A stretch of 64,000 nt of DNA from Chrysomallon squamiferum. Its lineage: Eukaryota; Animalia; Mollusca. Location of the stretch: contig CM022667.1 of the NCBI GenBank assembly GCA_012295275.1, positions 15,314,001-15,378,000 of the forward strand, read 5' to 3'. The position numbers were made by a program, and so were the translations under genes. This document shows, piece after piece, positions 29,979-47,535 of this stretch. Each line of letters opens with the position of its first letter. Position 1 is the stretch's first letter. Under the pieces are notes generated by a model. That model was not told the origin of the DNA. It saw only the letters and a program-made list of their open reading frames with translations, and did not search any database.

Positions 29979-32900
29979 ATGATGATGGCTCACATCTGGG
30001 AAGTCTGTTTTCTTATTTCGGTTTCATGCTTCGAATTAATTTCATCATCGTCCACTTGTGGTAGATATGAAATGATGAAAGAGAGCATTACACCAGACAT
30101 GTTAGTCAAGAAAATAACGAAGATATTTAAAACGAGGACGGCGACAAAGTTGGACTGTTCTAGACGTTGTGTCGAGGATGAACGATGTGTAGCGATGATG
30201 ATCTGCGCTCCACAATGTCATTTTATTGGTTTTATGATTTCAGATTATCAGAGTTCTGAGAGTCCAGAGTACGACTCGTGTGACTTTTTTACGATGGTAA
30301 GTATTTAAAATATACAATAAAATAAATCTCACTTTACGTTTAAATTGTGTACTTAAAATGTTTTAGTTCATGAGTGTATAAAGCTACTTAAAATCTGTTT
30401 CTTTTGCAACATATTTAAAATATAAGTTTTTAATTCTGTGAAGAAAAGAGACGTATAGGTTGTATTCAAAATGGCAAGTATTTCAATTGTAAATTATAAT
30501 GAACTACATCTTCTGTAAAAAAGTAAAGAAACAGATAAATAAAAAAATAAATAAAAAGAGATAAAAGAAATCAAAAAGAAAGACTGAAAGAAAGAATGAA
30601 ATAAATAAATATTTTAAAGAATTTAAAAAAATAAATAAATAAATAAATAAATAAATACACTCCTTCTAGCGGTAAATAATGAACTTATGAAGAATAAATC
30701 TTAAGGATGTTTACGAAATTGTAATTATTTAGACTCACTTTTAATCAATTGATTCTATTAAACAAATTCTAATTACAGAGATTATTTTACGACATGTTTT
30801 TAATGTGTAATTAGGACGATAACTGGTTTATTTGTTTCTATAAGGATATTCTATGTAAACAATCATGTTAGCAAGATAAGTAAGTTTCATGTTCTTAAAA
30901 AGCTAATTTCTAATTGATTTCTGAGTATTTCTAGTCAGATATTTAGAAATACAAACAAATATATATATTCCTTTGGTTGCTGTTTTGTTTTTTGTTTAGT
31001 TTGTTTGGAATACATATATATATTGTTTTTATTTATTTATTTATTTTTATTATTATTCACCATTTTTATCTTATGGTACTGTCGATTTCAGTTTTGAAAC
31101 AAATCAAAACTTTAGCTACTTTTCAAGATCTATTTTCTCTCTACTTTTGCAGTAAAACTAAGTATTATGCATTTAATTAAATTAATAAATATAATTTTTA
31201 TCAGAATCGATGTAAAAATGGAGGGTTTGCTAAGGATGCTGGGTATTGTACTTGTACTCGAGGTTTCGGTGGATCGTACTGTGAAACCGCTGTAAATGGT
31301 AAGATACAGGAAAATAGTTAAATTTGTAAGACAGAATTCCTCAGTTCAGTGAATAAAAGAGACGTATAGGTTGTATGCTTTTAGTGAAGATTAACTTCTA
31401 CTAGAGAAATGTAATCAAACATTTAAACAATAATAGTATTAACAAACATCATTCTCTTTCTTTCTGTTTATTTGTTTCTGTCTTTCTGTTTATATCTCTC
31501 TCCATCTATCTATCTCTCTTTGTGTCACTCGATCACTCTTTATCACTATCTCTGTCTGCCTCTCTCTGTCTCCCTCTCTCAGTATATATATATATATAGA
31601 CACACACACACAAACACACACGCGCACACACACACACACACACACAAACACACACATATATGTAGGTTATGAAAGTTCAAGAACATGCACCTGGCACAAA
31701 GTTAAATTAAAAAATATCAGATTATATTTAAATCAATATCTGTGCGGTTTTTTCTTTTTGTTTGCAGAAACATGCTTTAATGAGTGGCGGCTTATCCATG
31801 AAACTGGACATCCTGAATCTTTGGAGCAGTTTCAATCTGTAGTGAGCCAACCATGCAAAGCGAACTTCAAGACGGTTATTAATGGAACTAAAATCCACTC
31901 CATCGACTTCGCTGAAGTTCAGGGAAACACAACGCTGACCCTGTTTATCTATCATCTTAATAAATCATCCTGGGACACATTCAGCGATAATGTAGTAAGA
32001 CTTTTCTATGCCACTTTAGACAGCAAATATCAAACAATGTTGCCTGTCCATATTGCCGGATCATTCATAGAGTCCGCCACGAGTGAAATCACAGCCAAGT
32101 GGTTTGTCAAAGATTTCTCAGATGGGGAACCATGTTTTAGTAATAGCGGAAATGGATCAGAAGGTGAAATTAATCTGTTGACTTCCAGAATAAAAGAAGG
32201 ATCAGCATTAATGTTATCTAAAACCGTGTTTATCTCAAAAGATTCCAAATCTGTCGCGGAGACTGTTGTTAGTGTGGTGACAGAGACGTCTTCAACGTAT
32301 GCGAATTTCTCCAGCACACCGGAATGGTACATATACAGAGTGGACTCATGTGGGATGAAGCGAGTCCTTCGACGGCAGATTGGAACTGAAACCTCAGCTT
32401 CTACTTCGTCAGACCAAATACCTCACACTTGGTGCACTGATAGCTGCTGGATTAAAGTATATTCTGTAGACGAATCTGGAAGAGTGCTGTCCGGATCGGT
32501 TACAGCTTTAATTCAATCTTTGCTTGGTGGTCATCGACTGAGGATTGTCACAGAAGACATTGCTTCAGAAACTAAAGTAGTCTACATTGTTCGTGAAAAC
32601 ATCACAGTGAGCCTTGAGGATATGATGCTGCCTATTGGAGCCAGTGCGTTCGGTCATTCAGGACAAATAAAAGATTTTGAAGAATCTGGAACAGATGAAA
32701 GAAGATTGGCGTTTTCAGATGGTCACTTGCAGACTTTTGTTTACAAATATGAGACGGGTGTGAAAACTGGAATTTACGAAAATCGAACCCGAATAGACTG
32801 GTTTACAGATACACGTACATGGAATGAAGCACTGGTTGTCAGTAGTGACGGAGAAATAGTGAAAGGGTCGCTTGGAAGTCTGCGAGAAAGGATTCTCAAC

Positions 32901-33170
32901 GGCGCTTCTGTCCGTATCGTAGTCGAGTCTCAAGATGGCGTGCTTAAAATATTTGATGTCGATCCCTTAGAGTTGTCACCTGACGGTAACGTTGCTTCTG
33001 AAGTGATTTACCGAACCGGGGTTGATTTTAGCAATGATAATCAGATTTCTGTTGAAGTCAACCATCATAACGACCAGTGGATTTTTAACATCGAGATTGT
33101 ACACGTACAGGCGGAATATATAAAAGGTGAACAACAAGGCGTAAAATGTAGATGGTTTGTTCAGATGTAA
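29979..33170 (+). CDS. Family A3 secreted protein, 604 aa; exons 29979-30296, 31205-31298, 31768-33170
   Basis: Junctions ATG|gtaagt, tcag|AATCGATGT, AATG|gtaag and tgcag|AAACA give a continuous 1815-nt ORF. Cys pattern CSRRCVEDERCVAMMICAPQCHF. Exon 2 NRCKNGGFAKDAGYCTCTRGFGGSYCE. Confidence 0.86.
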
Positions 33171-33471
33171 TAGAATGGAAGTGGCATGGAAAGTTTGGTA
33201 GCATCAAGATTTAAATGCGTTTCTATCTTTTGGTCGTGCAAAAAGCAGTACTGACAGAAAATAATATTTCTTATGAGGTAACAAAAATTGATTAACTATT
33301 TATCAACTGCAGTAATACAAATATTAATATATCAGTCTTTTTTTTTTTTTTAATAAACGTAATAATATAGCAAGTATAATAATATAGATAATAATATTCA
33401 AGTATTCTAATAAAAATAAAATACATGTGTATATCAAGGTTTCTATTAGTGATATTAATAAATCAAGTATT

Positions 33472-33550
<79 letters not shown>

Positions 33551-33765
33551 TTTTAGTACCGATAATACTAGGTTTGAACCGAAAAAGAAAGGTGTACAAT
33601 TTCAAATACTATGCTACATAATTATAACGAAAAATCACTGTCGGTAGTCTACTTGGTAAACTGTAAGACGCGTCGATTTCCGTATGTGACAAGATGAGAA
33701 TAAAATTTCACGTTGCAGGCCATGATCAGGATGCTAATATTTCAGTAGGATAACAAATAAATAAT
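33053..33765 (+). repeat. Near-identical direct copy of window positions ~23-740
   Basis: The sequences match base for base apart from microsatellite length and a few substitutions or indels; this copy ends at the gap. Confidence 0.95.
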
Positions 33766-33965
33766 NNNNNNNNNNNNNNNNNNNNNNNNNNNNNNNNNNN
33801 NNNNNNNNNNNNNNNNNNNNNNNNNNNNNNNNNNNNNNNNNNNNNNNNNNNNNNNNNNNNNNNNNNNNNNNNNNNNNNNNNNNNNNNNNNNNNNNNNNNN
33901 NNNNNNNNNNNNNNNNNNNNNNNNNNNNNNNNNNNNNNNNNNNNNNNNNNNNNNNNNNNNNNNNN
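33766..33965. other. Assembly gap (200 N)
   Basis: Run of n characters. Confidence 1.
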
Positions 33966-35366
33966 AGTCATTAGTAACAAAAACCTTGAACAATAATTTA
34001 TTTTGTTTTGTAAACTTTTCTTTTTCTTTTTCCATTTTTATTTTAGGACTGTTAATTCAGGGAAGCTAACGTGATATTTCTAATAATATACCCATGATAT
34101 ATGTCTTTATGATAATATTGTAATTTTAGAGTGTTCAATAAAATTTATTTTCATGTGGGAGGGGGGATTCTTTCTCTGTTGTTTTTTCTTTTCTTTTTTT
34201 TTTTTACTTTTCTTTTGTGATAGCTGTAATGATTCTGTTTGGAGACGAGAATAATATATATTATATAAAATTCCCACGACTGACTTTATATATATATTTA
34301 TTCTAATACAGATATATTACAAACAAAACATCGTCTCGTTTCTTTGTTCAAACTTAATTGATTCATAAATTCAGCTCGTTTTGTTACATTGCAATTAAAT
34401 ACAATTGTGAATAAATAATAATAATCTATACTGTCGAATTGAAATGCGATTTATTGACTTTGTCAAAATAAATAAATCAATAAAAAAAAAGAAATTAACA
34501 AAGGTATTAAATTAATCTAAAAAAGTAAATCATTTACCTTGTTTACAACCGAAACAGATATAATATGTTACTACGTTAGCAAATGTTCATATTTTATTTA
34601 ACACAGCACAGCTTTAGCCCACAAAAACTCACTCTTTTTGTTTTCCTTTTATTTATTTATTTATATTCTTTTCCTTTTTCCTCTTTTCTTTATTTTATTT
34701 TTTTTTTTTGTTTCTTCTCTTTTGTCTCTGTTCTCTTCTCTTCTCGTCTAGTTTTCTTTGTTTTCTATTTTTCTTTCTCTCGCTCTCTTTCACTTTGTCC
34801 TTCTCTCGCCACCCTAGCAGCCTCCTTTGTACCATTCTCCTAATTTCACAACACTAACGTTTAAAAGTCCTTAAAACTAGCTGTAGTCTCTGTAAGATTT
34901 CTATGTCAATAATAAATTTGTTTCAGACAATACAACTATAACTTCCTACACACTTAGATTTCTTCTTCTTTCACCTTTCTCATAACGCAAAGAATAAAAT
35001 ATAAGACAAAAGCTACTAACAGTAAAACAAAATATTTCCTCAAAAAAACGATTGTTATGCATGAAAATGTGTTGCAAGAAAATGTCGAAAAATAAACACG
35101 AAACCAGAAAAAAAAAATAATCAAAGAGCGCAAACAGATATGAAAATCGCATTGTTTTCGCTAAGAATTAGATAAATGTACTTTTCTGTTCATTGTTTTT
35201 ACATTACAACAAATATAAGTCACGTAATGGCTTTCCGTAAAATAAAACTGCTTGCAGATCAAGTTCATTGATGGATGTAAATAAACATACTATTTTTCAC
35301 GTCATAAAACTCATAATAAGTATAAAAGTGTATTTATATTTTATAAAATATTATTTTTAAATAATC

Positions 35367-35807
35367 ACTCCACCATCTTTTGCACAGATAATTTTGATCC
35401 ATTCACGTGTGTCCACAAACTAGTCTTATTTTTCTGTGTCTTGTATTAAAGTTTCGTTTTCCAATATAGATCTTCGAATTGAAATCCCCTTCAACGACAT
35501 TCTCAGAGTTGTCATTCTCAAAGATAGATATTCCGTTACAAACATCTTTGACGTACCGGAGAGCTTGCATTTTTCTACTGCACGATGTTATTACTGGTCC
35601 AGGGGAGTTTTGGTATTTGCAGTTTCCAGTTAGTAAGAATATTCTGCTAGGTTCTTTCTGGAACATGTTCCATGCGCATTTCTTGAGTTGTGTTGACCGC
35701 AGAAGAAGAAGGTGTAACGTGGCAGACAAATAGGCCTCAAACAAAACGTTGTAAATGTTTCAAGAACACTTTTTAGTGCAGTTCAACGTCACTCAATTTT
35801 CAACTGC
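35367..35807 (-). pseudogene. Mirror copy of the diverged family A exon-3 relic
   Basis: Its 113-aa ORF translation is identical to that of 12713-13054. Confidence 0.75.
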
Positions 35808-36220
35808 AGTAATAAACAGAACACTACTTGATGTGTTTCGAAATGTTTTCGTTCAACTCCAAGCTATTCGTTTTCATTCAGTCACTTTGCCTAATGACCA
35901 GAGTTCTATTTCAGTCGTTTGGCCAAATGACTGGAAGTATTCGTCATTGGGTCAAACGCCTGACGGTCTTGGGCGTTAGCCTAAATGCCTAAATGCCTAA
36001 ATATTTCAGGCATTAGGCCAAACATCTAGCTTGACATATTAACTGTAACCTGTACATCCTAAATTCAGACAGACAAACGGAGAGAAAACGTTCATGCATA
36101 CAGTATTTATTATGATAATGTTGTTATTGTTGTCCTTTTATTTTATATATGTTTGTTCATTATCAACATATTCTTCATTTATTTATGTATGCATGTGTTT
36201 ATTTATTTATTTTAATTTAG

Positions 36221-36358
36221 GGACGGATCAGTGAAGATTTAAATACAAAACTGTGGTTACATCTTACAATACAATATTATATTGATGACACAGATACAAC
36301 AGAGTGTACAACAAGATAGATTTTGCTTTGTTTAGACTTTTAATTTCATCTTAATAAA
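36221..36358 (+). pseudogene. Orphan family G terminal exon (mirror of 12099-12236)
   Basis: ttag|GGACGGATCAGTGAAGATTT...AATAAA at 36353. Confidence 0.7.
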
Positions 36359-38106
36359 AATTGTTTTAATCTAATTTACTTTTCTATATTTTTATTATAT
36401 TCTTTATATTATTCTGCAAAACCTTTTCTCGCCTACCTCTTTCTTTCTATCTCTAAGTATATTTATCTTTTCATCTATTTATCTATCTTTCTGTCTGTCT
36501 GTCTGTATCTATCTATCAATTAATCTATCTATCTATCTATCTATATCATAATGCGACGGACTAAGAAACTAATTGTATCGAACTATATTTCTCGACTTAA
36601 TGAAGGATATATGATGCTAATCGACATTCCAAAACAAGAATACTTTAAACAGCGTGTTCCGAATTGCTCGTAAAAATTTACATATTACAAAAGATGTACA
36701 AAGATCGCTTATGCATTAATAAACAAACCAAATAAAATCGTTTCAAACAATCAAAAAATGTAATCGTGTTTTTCTGGTTTTTTCAAGCACAGCCGAAGAA
36801 ACTTGTGCTTTATATTTCTGAAATAAGATAGACAAAGATCACTTATGCGTTAATTTAAAAAATAAGGTAATTTAATTGTGTTTCTCTGGCTGGTATAACA
36901 CACACATACATACATATATAAGAATGACTTTAAGACTAATTGAAGTGATTTCGAACTGGCTATAAAACACAATAGACTGAGCTTCCTGGGAGAGTGTTTT
37001 GGATCTGTTGCAACTCTCAGCGGTATTAGTTGTCTTTGCAGCTTCTTCCGTTCTTTGTTTTTGTGTGTATTCCTATTCTTTCGAAACATTACTATAAAAC
37101 GAACTGAATGAACGAATGGTAAAACGTACGTTCATACATTTCTTCTATCATTTATTGACTTGATATTTTATTTATTCGGAACAGAGAATAAGCATTTAGA
37201 TTTTAGAAATGAGAAGAATAGTTTTTGCTAATATGAGATGCAGACAGAAAGTTAGAAATAATGACACTAATGATATATTATTATATAATGAAGCAGGCAA
37301 AAAACAAAGCAATTTAAACAGTAAGAGATTACGTTTGAATGATTAGTTTTAATAGTTGTTTTCTGAAGCAGCATATTGCGTTTCCTTCGATCTGTCACCA
37401 AGTGGCTGTTTTATTTATTTATTTGTTTTTGTTTGTTTTCATTTTTATTTTTGCTCTGTTACCGATACAGAAACTTTCAGAACTATTACAAAATTTGTCG
37501 CTTCAAAACGAATTTCTGTTAGTGCTTTCAGAGGCGGATATTAAGGAATTGATCGAATATCATTATAGTAAACAAACTTACATACTTTTACTTTAAAACG
37601 CTGCAATAAGGATCTAATGTATGATATCATTTTATTTCTCTTTGTATTCTTCAAGACTTCATTATGAAATCATACGGGAAATATATCTGCAACAAAACAA
37701 TTCATGTATGTATGCGAGCACCTTTCTCAACTCTATCTAAAAACAAAGGACTATCCAGCTTTGTTTTGATTGCAAAAGGAAAATATATTAGTGAGACTTT
37801 TTAATGTTTCTTTTTTTTGTTTGTTATCTCTCAGCAGTGGAAGAAAAACAAAGGAAAGCATCTTTGAAAACAAACTAAATTGTTTATTATTAATTTTCAG
37901 AAACATATCTTCGACAACATTTAAAATATTTACTTAACTAAGGGCAGTAGATTTCTGTTTTATTTTGTGTAGTGGAAAGGATTTGTTTGTATCTTTCTTT
38001 ATTTTTTTTTCAGTATCCACTCCTTTATTTATATGTTTGTTTGTTTGTTATCCATATATTTACTTTATATTTAAAATTATTCATTTCTACGATTCGTTTT
38101 CTGGAA

Positions 38107-40981
<2,875 letters not shown>

Positions 40982-41053
40982 TAAATTTACAAACTGAAAT
41001 GAAAAACGAGAATTCCTTTCAAAGTTTGATGGGTTTTTTTTAGTTTAACATGT

Positions 41054-41107
<54 letters not shown>

Positions 41108-43437
41108 TTCAGTAACCTGAATTCAAATTAAGAAAGACACATTCTGTTTTGTAGGTATGTGACAAAACAATATGAAAGTCCTCAAATTGAAATGATTTCT
41201 AAATTAATTGAAAAAAAACGACATAAAAAATCCACTAAAATGGTATCATGATGATGACTTAAAAGTTTTATTGAAACAAATACTGTATTAGAAGTCCGTC
41301 AAATTCTCACATTTTCATTAAAGAGCAATATAATTTTATGAAATTTTCAGGATGGTATATTTGATTCATGAAATTAAACTTCTATCTGAGCTAAGTTATA
41401 GGTAATTAATAGACAAAATTATAATTCTTTAATGAAAAAGTAAAATAAAAATAAACATCGAATGAAACTGACCCAATTCAAACGATAATGGTTAGTTTAC
41501 AAATAACTTTATTTCCAATAGTGTTTTAACGCGGAAGGTTGTGACACAGTTAGGCTGAGATAATGTTAAATATCTGTTCTACAGTCTAGACTTGTTCTGA
41601 AAGAGGCAAAATTCACCTTTTATTTGTTTCGTCGGAAAATTAAAAATAGTTGTAAAACTGCAAAAGGGAAAATTCGGAACCAAAGCAAACGGAAATATAA
41701 TAGTATATCCCAAAATAAATTATTCCAGAAACTGTAAAAAACCCGACGAAAAAACGTTTTCAAAGCACGTCAGCTAAAACAAGAGCTAGAACGGACATTG
41801 TGAACTCGGGTAAAGTACGATTTTTCTCATGCACCTACATTTTGTAGTGTTACTATTTAAATATTTTAAATATGTGGAATTCACTTTGTGTATGTGATAT
41901 CACTAATCTTATGTCATTGTTAAATTACAATACTTACAACATTTTATCTTATAATGTTTATATTGCTTATGTTTTCTGCTAATAACTTAATGTTTAATGC
42001 TTACTAGGTGTCCGAAAAGTTTGTGAAGAAAAATAAATTCAGTATCTAAATGTTACATGACTAACCATCACCACCGCTGTCACTACTACAACTCATTATC
42101 ACAATACTACTACTACTATGTTGCTGCTGTTCCTTCAGCTACTACTACCACAACTACTGTTACTATTATCAGTGTACGTATTACGTATTATTGTCGTAAT
42201 AAATGTTTACAACTAGCTGATATTTGTTTTCAATTGTGACATATGCTCTATTTGTTTATTTATTTCTTTAAACAATCTCTTAACTTATGATTGTAGAGAT
42301 CGGTCAACATTCTAATTATGAAATGACATATTTGTTAGCTTTAAGAATTACTAAACAAGAACAGATTTCATGAGCAAAAAGTGCTGTCTAGTACAAGATA
42401 GCATTATGAATAAAAGACGATGAGAAAATACGAGCTCACTAACAATACGCCAGTGCGACACAGGATACGATTTTATTATTAAAATGAGAGTCTGGTACAA
42501 GATACGACAAACAGGAAAATTTCAGTTCGGTTCTAGATACGATTTCACAAGCGAAGTGGCAGCTTAAACAAAACTGGATTGCATAGATACGTTTTTCTTT
42601 GTTTCAAAAAGTATTGTTTTGTAAATATAATAAATATTTCAAATGCAAAAACGAAACAAAACAAATGAAAGACAACAACAACAGCACAAAACAAAATTAA
42701 TACATTAACAAAACTTAATTTCAGATTCAGAAACTCAATGATGTTGATAAACTAAATTATTTAAAATAGAGAAAGATTAGCTAGAACATTCATTAAAATA
42801 TTCCTTGAAATCATTTCACAGCTAGATACCACAAATATTCTGACAAAACTTGTAATCACATTTAATACTTGGATTATACCTATCATATATTATTTTTGTT
42901 ATTTTTATTATTATATAATTACTAATTTTACTGTATAGAAATCTAAGCTGATTAAATGGAACCCGCCCGTTCTCGACACTGTTAGTTCAGGATTTACGTT
43001 TACAAACAACTAACTGTAGATATAACACAAATACGATACAGACATTGCTAAAAATACTTTTTTTCTGTATTTTATGCTCTTGAAAATAATAAAAACAGAA
43101 GCAACAGAAATCAACTGATGTAAAAGTCTGGTAAAAGCAGATATATATGAATTTGCAAGTAGGTGTGGGTGTGGCTGTATACGTATTTGTCTGTGGCGTG
43201 GGTGTAGATAGGTACATGTGCTGTTTATGAAATGTTTAGTTATTATCTATTTTATCATTTCGATACTGGAAATACATGCTTCGCCTTTGACTACGTAGAT
43301 GTTTTCCCCTCTTTTAAGGTGATTCTTTTCTACTCCGACAGTTCATGTTTGTACATTTTTTATTAAATATCCAATTTACACTAACAAATGTGTTCTTATA
43401 AAATTCCAGGACGATCCAAAAATATAAAAGGTTATGA

Positions 43438-43474
<37 letters not shown>

Positions 43475-44055
43475 GTGACTAAGTAAAATCGATTACCGGG
43501 CCAAAACAAATTGATAATAAATAAAGACTTTCCAGAAATATTTGTACATTATTTGAAGGCGATTGATGATACAGGCTTTCAGGACTTTTCATATTAATTA
43601 GATTTAAAAAAAAAAAAACAAACAAATAGCCATCATAAAAAAATAATTAACTGGCAATTGTTTTAACTATAAATGTAATGACTCATTTTTTTCTCTTTCT
43701 TTTGCTTCATAAAGTGTAATATGATGCAATAAATGCTATTTAAACACTGTTCTTCTTAGTATTAGTTGTTAATTTTTCATTGATTGCTTTAACACTGTGA
43801 CATTTCTATGAATGCATGTAATCAGGAATGAATATTCTGTTTATTTACCATAAAAGTCTTTTGTGTGTTAAAGTAGACAACACACAGGGTCAATCACGAC
43901 GTCGCAAACGACAGACGCCGCACCTTTTGCACCCACCTCGGAGTAGCACAATGAGGAACTAAAACTATTATATATATATATGTATATATGTATGTAATTA
44001 TGTAGGTATTAAATATGAATGAATACCTATAACAATTGTTACTTTGTGTCTGTGT

Positions 44056-44089
<34 letters not shown>

Positions 44090-44959
44090 GTGTGTATGTA
44101 TGTATGTATGTGTGTGTATGTATGTATGTCTTTGTGTGTATATATGTGTAGATATGTATGTGTGTATGAATGTATATTGCTATCTTTGTATATATTTATG
44201 TATATAATGAAGGTATTTTCCTTTATCCGCCGTCACATTTATGATGAGTTGTTTTCTCGTATGACTGCCTTAATGCATTTATTTTTATTTCTTAATGTCT
44301 TTCTCTAAAATGTTTTCTTGTTTGACAACGAGTTAATGGTGTTAGACAATGCTTTGTTTTTTGGTAATTTTATGCTTCCTGTGACAAACGGGACTAGATC
44401 AAAGAAAACATTATGTTTCTTTAAGCTTATTTAATTATTGAAAAAAGAAATGAAACTGCCTTTTAAAACGGTTTCCTATAATGTAGTTAATTTTTTTACA
44501 AAGGTCAATTAGCGATTAATTAAATATGCATTTTATTATATTGTAGATGCAGATATACACACACACACACGCACACAATGCATAACACATACACAGATAT
44601 ATACACATAGAAGACCACACATATAAAATTCTTCCATTGTCCGCCGTCACGTTATGATAAGTTATTTTCTCGTTTGCCATCGAGTTAATGGTGTTTTATA
44701 ATACTTAGTTTTTTTGGTAATTTTATGCTTCCTGTCACAAATGGGACTTGATCAAAGAAAACTTTATTTTTCTTTAAGCTTATTTAATTATTTAAAAAAA
44801 TAAATGAAACTGCCTTTTAAAATGTTTCCTATAATGTACTGTTAGTTTTTACAAAAGTCAATTAGCGGTTAATTAAATATGCATTTTATTTTATTTTAAC
44901 TGGCAGTGATAAAACTTTTAGGAATTTTCATCTGAAGAAGACAAAAAGTAAGCTGACAA

Positions 44960-45260
44960 TATATTCTAGAATATACAAAATGATAAAAAAAAAAAACACA
45001 TCACAAGAAATGTTTTCTCTTAGAAATCAAACAAGATATTTGGAACAATGACGACGACAAAGTTGAACCGTTCTAGACGTTGTCGAGGATGAACGATGTG
45101 AAGCGATGATGATCTGCCATTCACAATGTCATCTGAAATTGGAAATTCTGAAACGTTGGAACAGATTCAATCTGTAGTAATCCGACAATGCAAAGCGAAG
45201 TTCAAGGCAGTTATTAATGGAACTAAAATCCACTCCATCCGCTTTGCTGAAGTTACAGAA
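44960..45260 (+). pseudogene. Chimeric A3 exon1/exon3 relic (paralog of 2575-2846)
   Basis: tctagacgttgtcgaggatgaacgatgtgaagcgatgatgatctgccattcacaatgtcat is joined to ctgaaattgga...ggaactaaaatccactccatc. Confidence 0.78.
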
Positions 45261-45392
45261 ATTTATATGTTTTGTACATTTTAATTACTCGTTTTCCTTT
45301 CGATGATAATAAAGGTTCTGTCGTATCATTCAGCCTGAATTCAAATTCGTCCTTCATTTTTTTATTTTACTTCTCATTAATGCATTTCACTG

Positions 45393-46368
45393 ATTCATGT
45401 CATGACCAGAGTTAAATACCATCAAGTAAGAGGTGAAAGCAAAGTTTTACATCAAAGATTTCTCTTGCGGGTCACCTTCAGTCGTAAATGAAGAAAATGG
45501 ACATGTTCGTAAAGAAAATTTGACCTCTTTTCTTTCAAACATTGTAAAAGGCTCGGAAGTAACGTCAACAAAACTGTTATTCTTCAACCAGCAAAGGGGA
45601 AAAATAGTGACTGGTTTTGTATCACGAATGCTGCAGGCATCCTCTGTCGGATTCGTCTCGTTTTAAAGCACCTCTTACTTGGCATCTTCCAAGAGAAATC
45701 AACGACGGATCGGCCGATAATCTACAGTACAACGTTATCAAAGGAACCTCCAGAATAAGAACATTTACACGTGTAGTGATTAACTGGTACACCGATGACT
45801 GCTGGATTAAAATATTCTCTGTAGATCAAATTGGTAACGGTCTCCACGGTTCTGTATATGATTTAGCTAGAGCTTACTTAGTAGTCATCGACTGAGAATA
45901 CTGTTAACAGGTTTCTTTTTGACTATGAATGCTGTTTATATTCATAGACAGAATGTCACAGATTTTTTACGGCATATCAACTAGCACTTCGACGTCAATA
46001 TTTTTAATTTATCTCAAACAGCGCAAATAAAAATGGTAATTTCAAATGGTCACGTTCTAACTCGAAGATCTATTTTGAAACTGGAACTGTAGCAGAAGAC
46101 ATGGAAGAACGACAGCAGATAGACTGGTTTGTGGACAAACGTAAACGGATCAAAGTCTTGTGTGTAAAATAAGGTGGTAGGTACAGAGCTGATGAGTCAC
46201 AAATCTAACAGAGATAGTTCTGAAAGATCCGTACTACGGCAGATCTTTTATAAATGAATCATAACAACAGAAGTTAACTTTAGAAACATTTATTACGCGT
46301 AAAAGCAAAGTGGAGGCAAAACTGAAGACGTGGTTCACAGTTGATGTACCTGGTTTGTTCAGAAATAA
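45393..46368 (+). pseudogene. Family A exon-3 pseudogene (paralog of 1243-2380)
   Basis: The acceptor is mutated (cactg). Segments KAKFYIKDFSCGSP and WYTDDCWIKIFSVDQIGNGLHGSVYDLARA remain, with many stops and frameshifts. Confidence 0.85.
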
Positions 46369-47049
46369 AGTAGATATTTAAATTATATTATCTTTGTAAA
46401 GCTAATAATATTTATAAATAACATTATCGTGTTTTGCTGACTATCTCGACGGATTCAGTTCATTCATTATAATTATGTAGTGTACCTAAAATGAAAATGA
46501 ATTAGGGCAGGAATGTTCAATTCTTAAGCATAACTGATGTTTCTTGTTTTCATTAGTTTCTGTTCTTGTTGTTGTCATGTAATGTTCAAGGTTAATTGCT
46601 TTGAAAACGCCTATAGAAAAAACAGCACTAACAACAATATGTACGTGAATGTATAACCTGTATTATGAAGGGAAATAGTGCTGAAATAATAGTTATTTAA
46701 CGATATAATATTATGTTCGAATACTCACACACATCAGCCAGTTCCGAAAAGAAAAAATGTTGAAATACATTTTAAAGAATAAACCTAGGTTCAGATTCTT
46801 ACTATCGTTTTGTTGTGAAAAATGATTTTCTTCATTTAACTTCTTCCTTTCTTTCTTTCTTTTTTTCTTCTTTTTACGAGATTATTCAAACAGAAGACTT
46901 TTCCTTCTGGTAATAAAATACAGGTTATGACTACTATTTCCACTATTTCTTTTTCTTGCTAATACATAACACAGATCCAGAAACATAAGCTTTTATTTAA
47001 TCTCTCAGATACAAAAAAAAAGTAAACAAATAAGCTGCGCGTACTGTTT

Positions 47050-47250
47050 CGATGTTCGAGAGTCAGAAAATCCGCTCAGACTCTGGAAACATGCAGTCGA
47101 GAGTTGCCTTCCTTGAAAATCATGTGTGGATTTAAGACTGGTGCGAGTATTTCCTCTGCGATGTTCTCTGACGTGGTATGAACGGAGTCCACTCTCTGGT
47201 CATTATGGTAGGTACAGTAAGCTCTGCGAGACTTTTTGATATTCTCAACA
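47050..47250 (-). mobile_element. Possible degraded Tc1 transposase catalytic-region remnant
   Basis: Minus strand reads ENIAEEILAPVLNPHMIFKEGNSRLHVSRV*ADFL, resembling Tc1 EIL.PV..P...IFQQDNARPH.SRV..DFL. It is on the same strand as, and downstream of, the N-terminal remnant at 48560-48742. Confidence 0.4.
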
Positions 47251-47504
47251 TGAATGTGGGATTTTCAGGCCACAATGGTGGATGCTTGAAGCCGGTTCAG
47301 GGGCCAACTTCCCGAAGTTATCGTTATGTATAGCGATATCGTTAACAGGTCGTTGAGAAAATGTTAATGATCTCGAAGGTATCGTCTTTAGACTGCGATA
47401 TCATTTTACTAAAAACAACAGGCCCGATCCTGTTGTTAATAGTGTCGTTTATTAAAGGTATGTCGTAACCAGGCACGATATGCACTGCGCATTCTGTATA
47501 GTCC

Positions 47505-47535
<31 letters not shown>

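Noticed and set aside
37972-38106. Longer N-terminal extensions in the ORF track for exon 1 (also 10322-10456 and 57567-57734)
   Set aside because: They begin upstream of the ATG that gives a clean signal peptide and are not conserved across subtypes.
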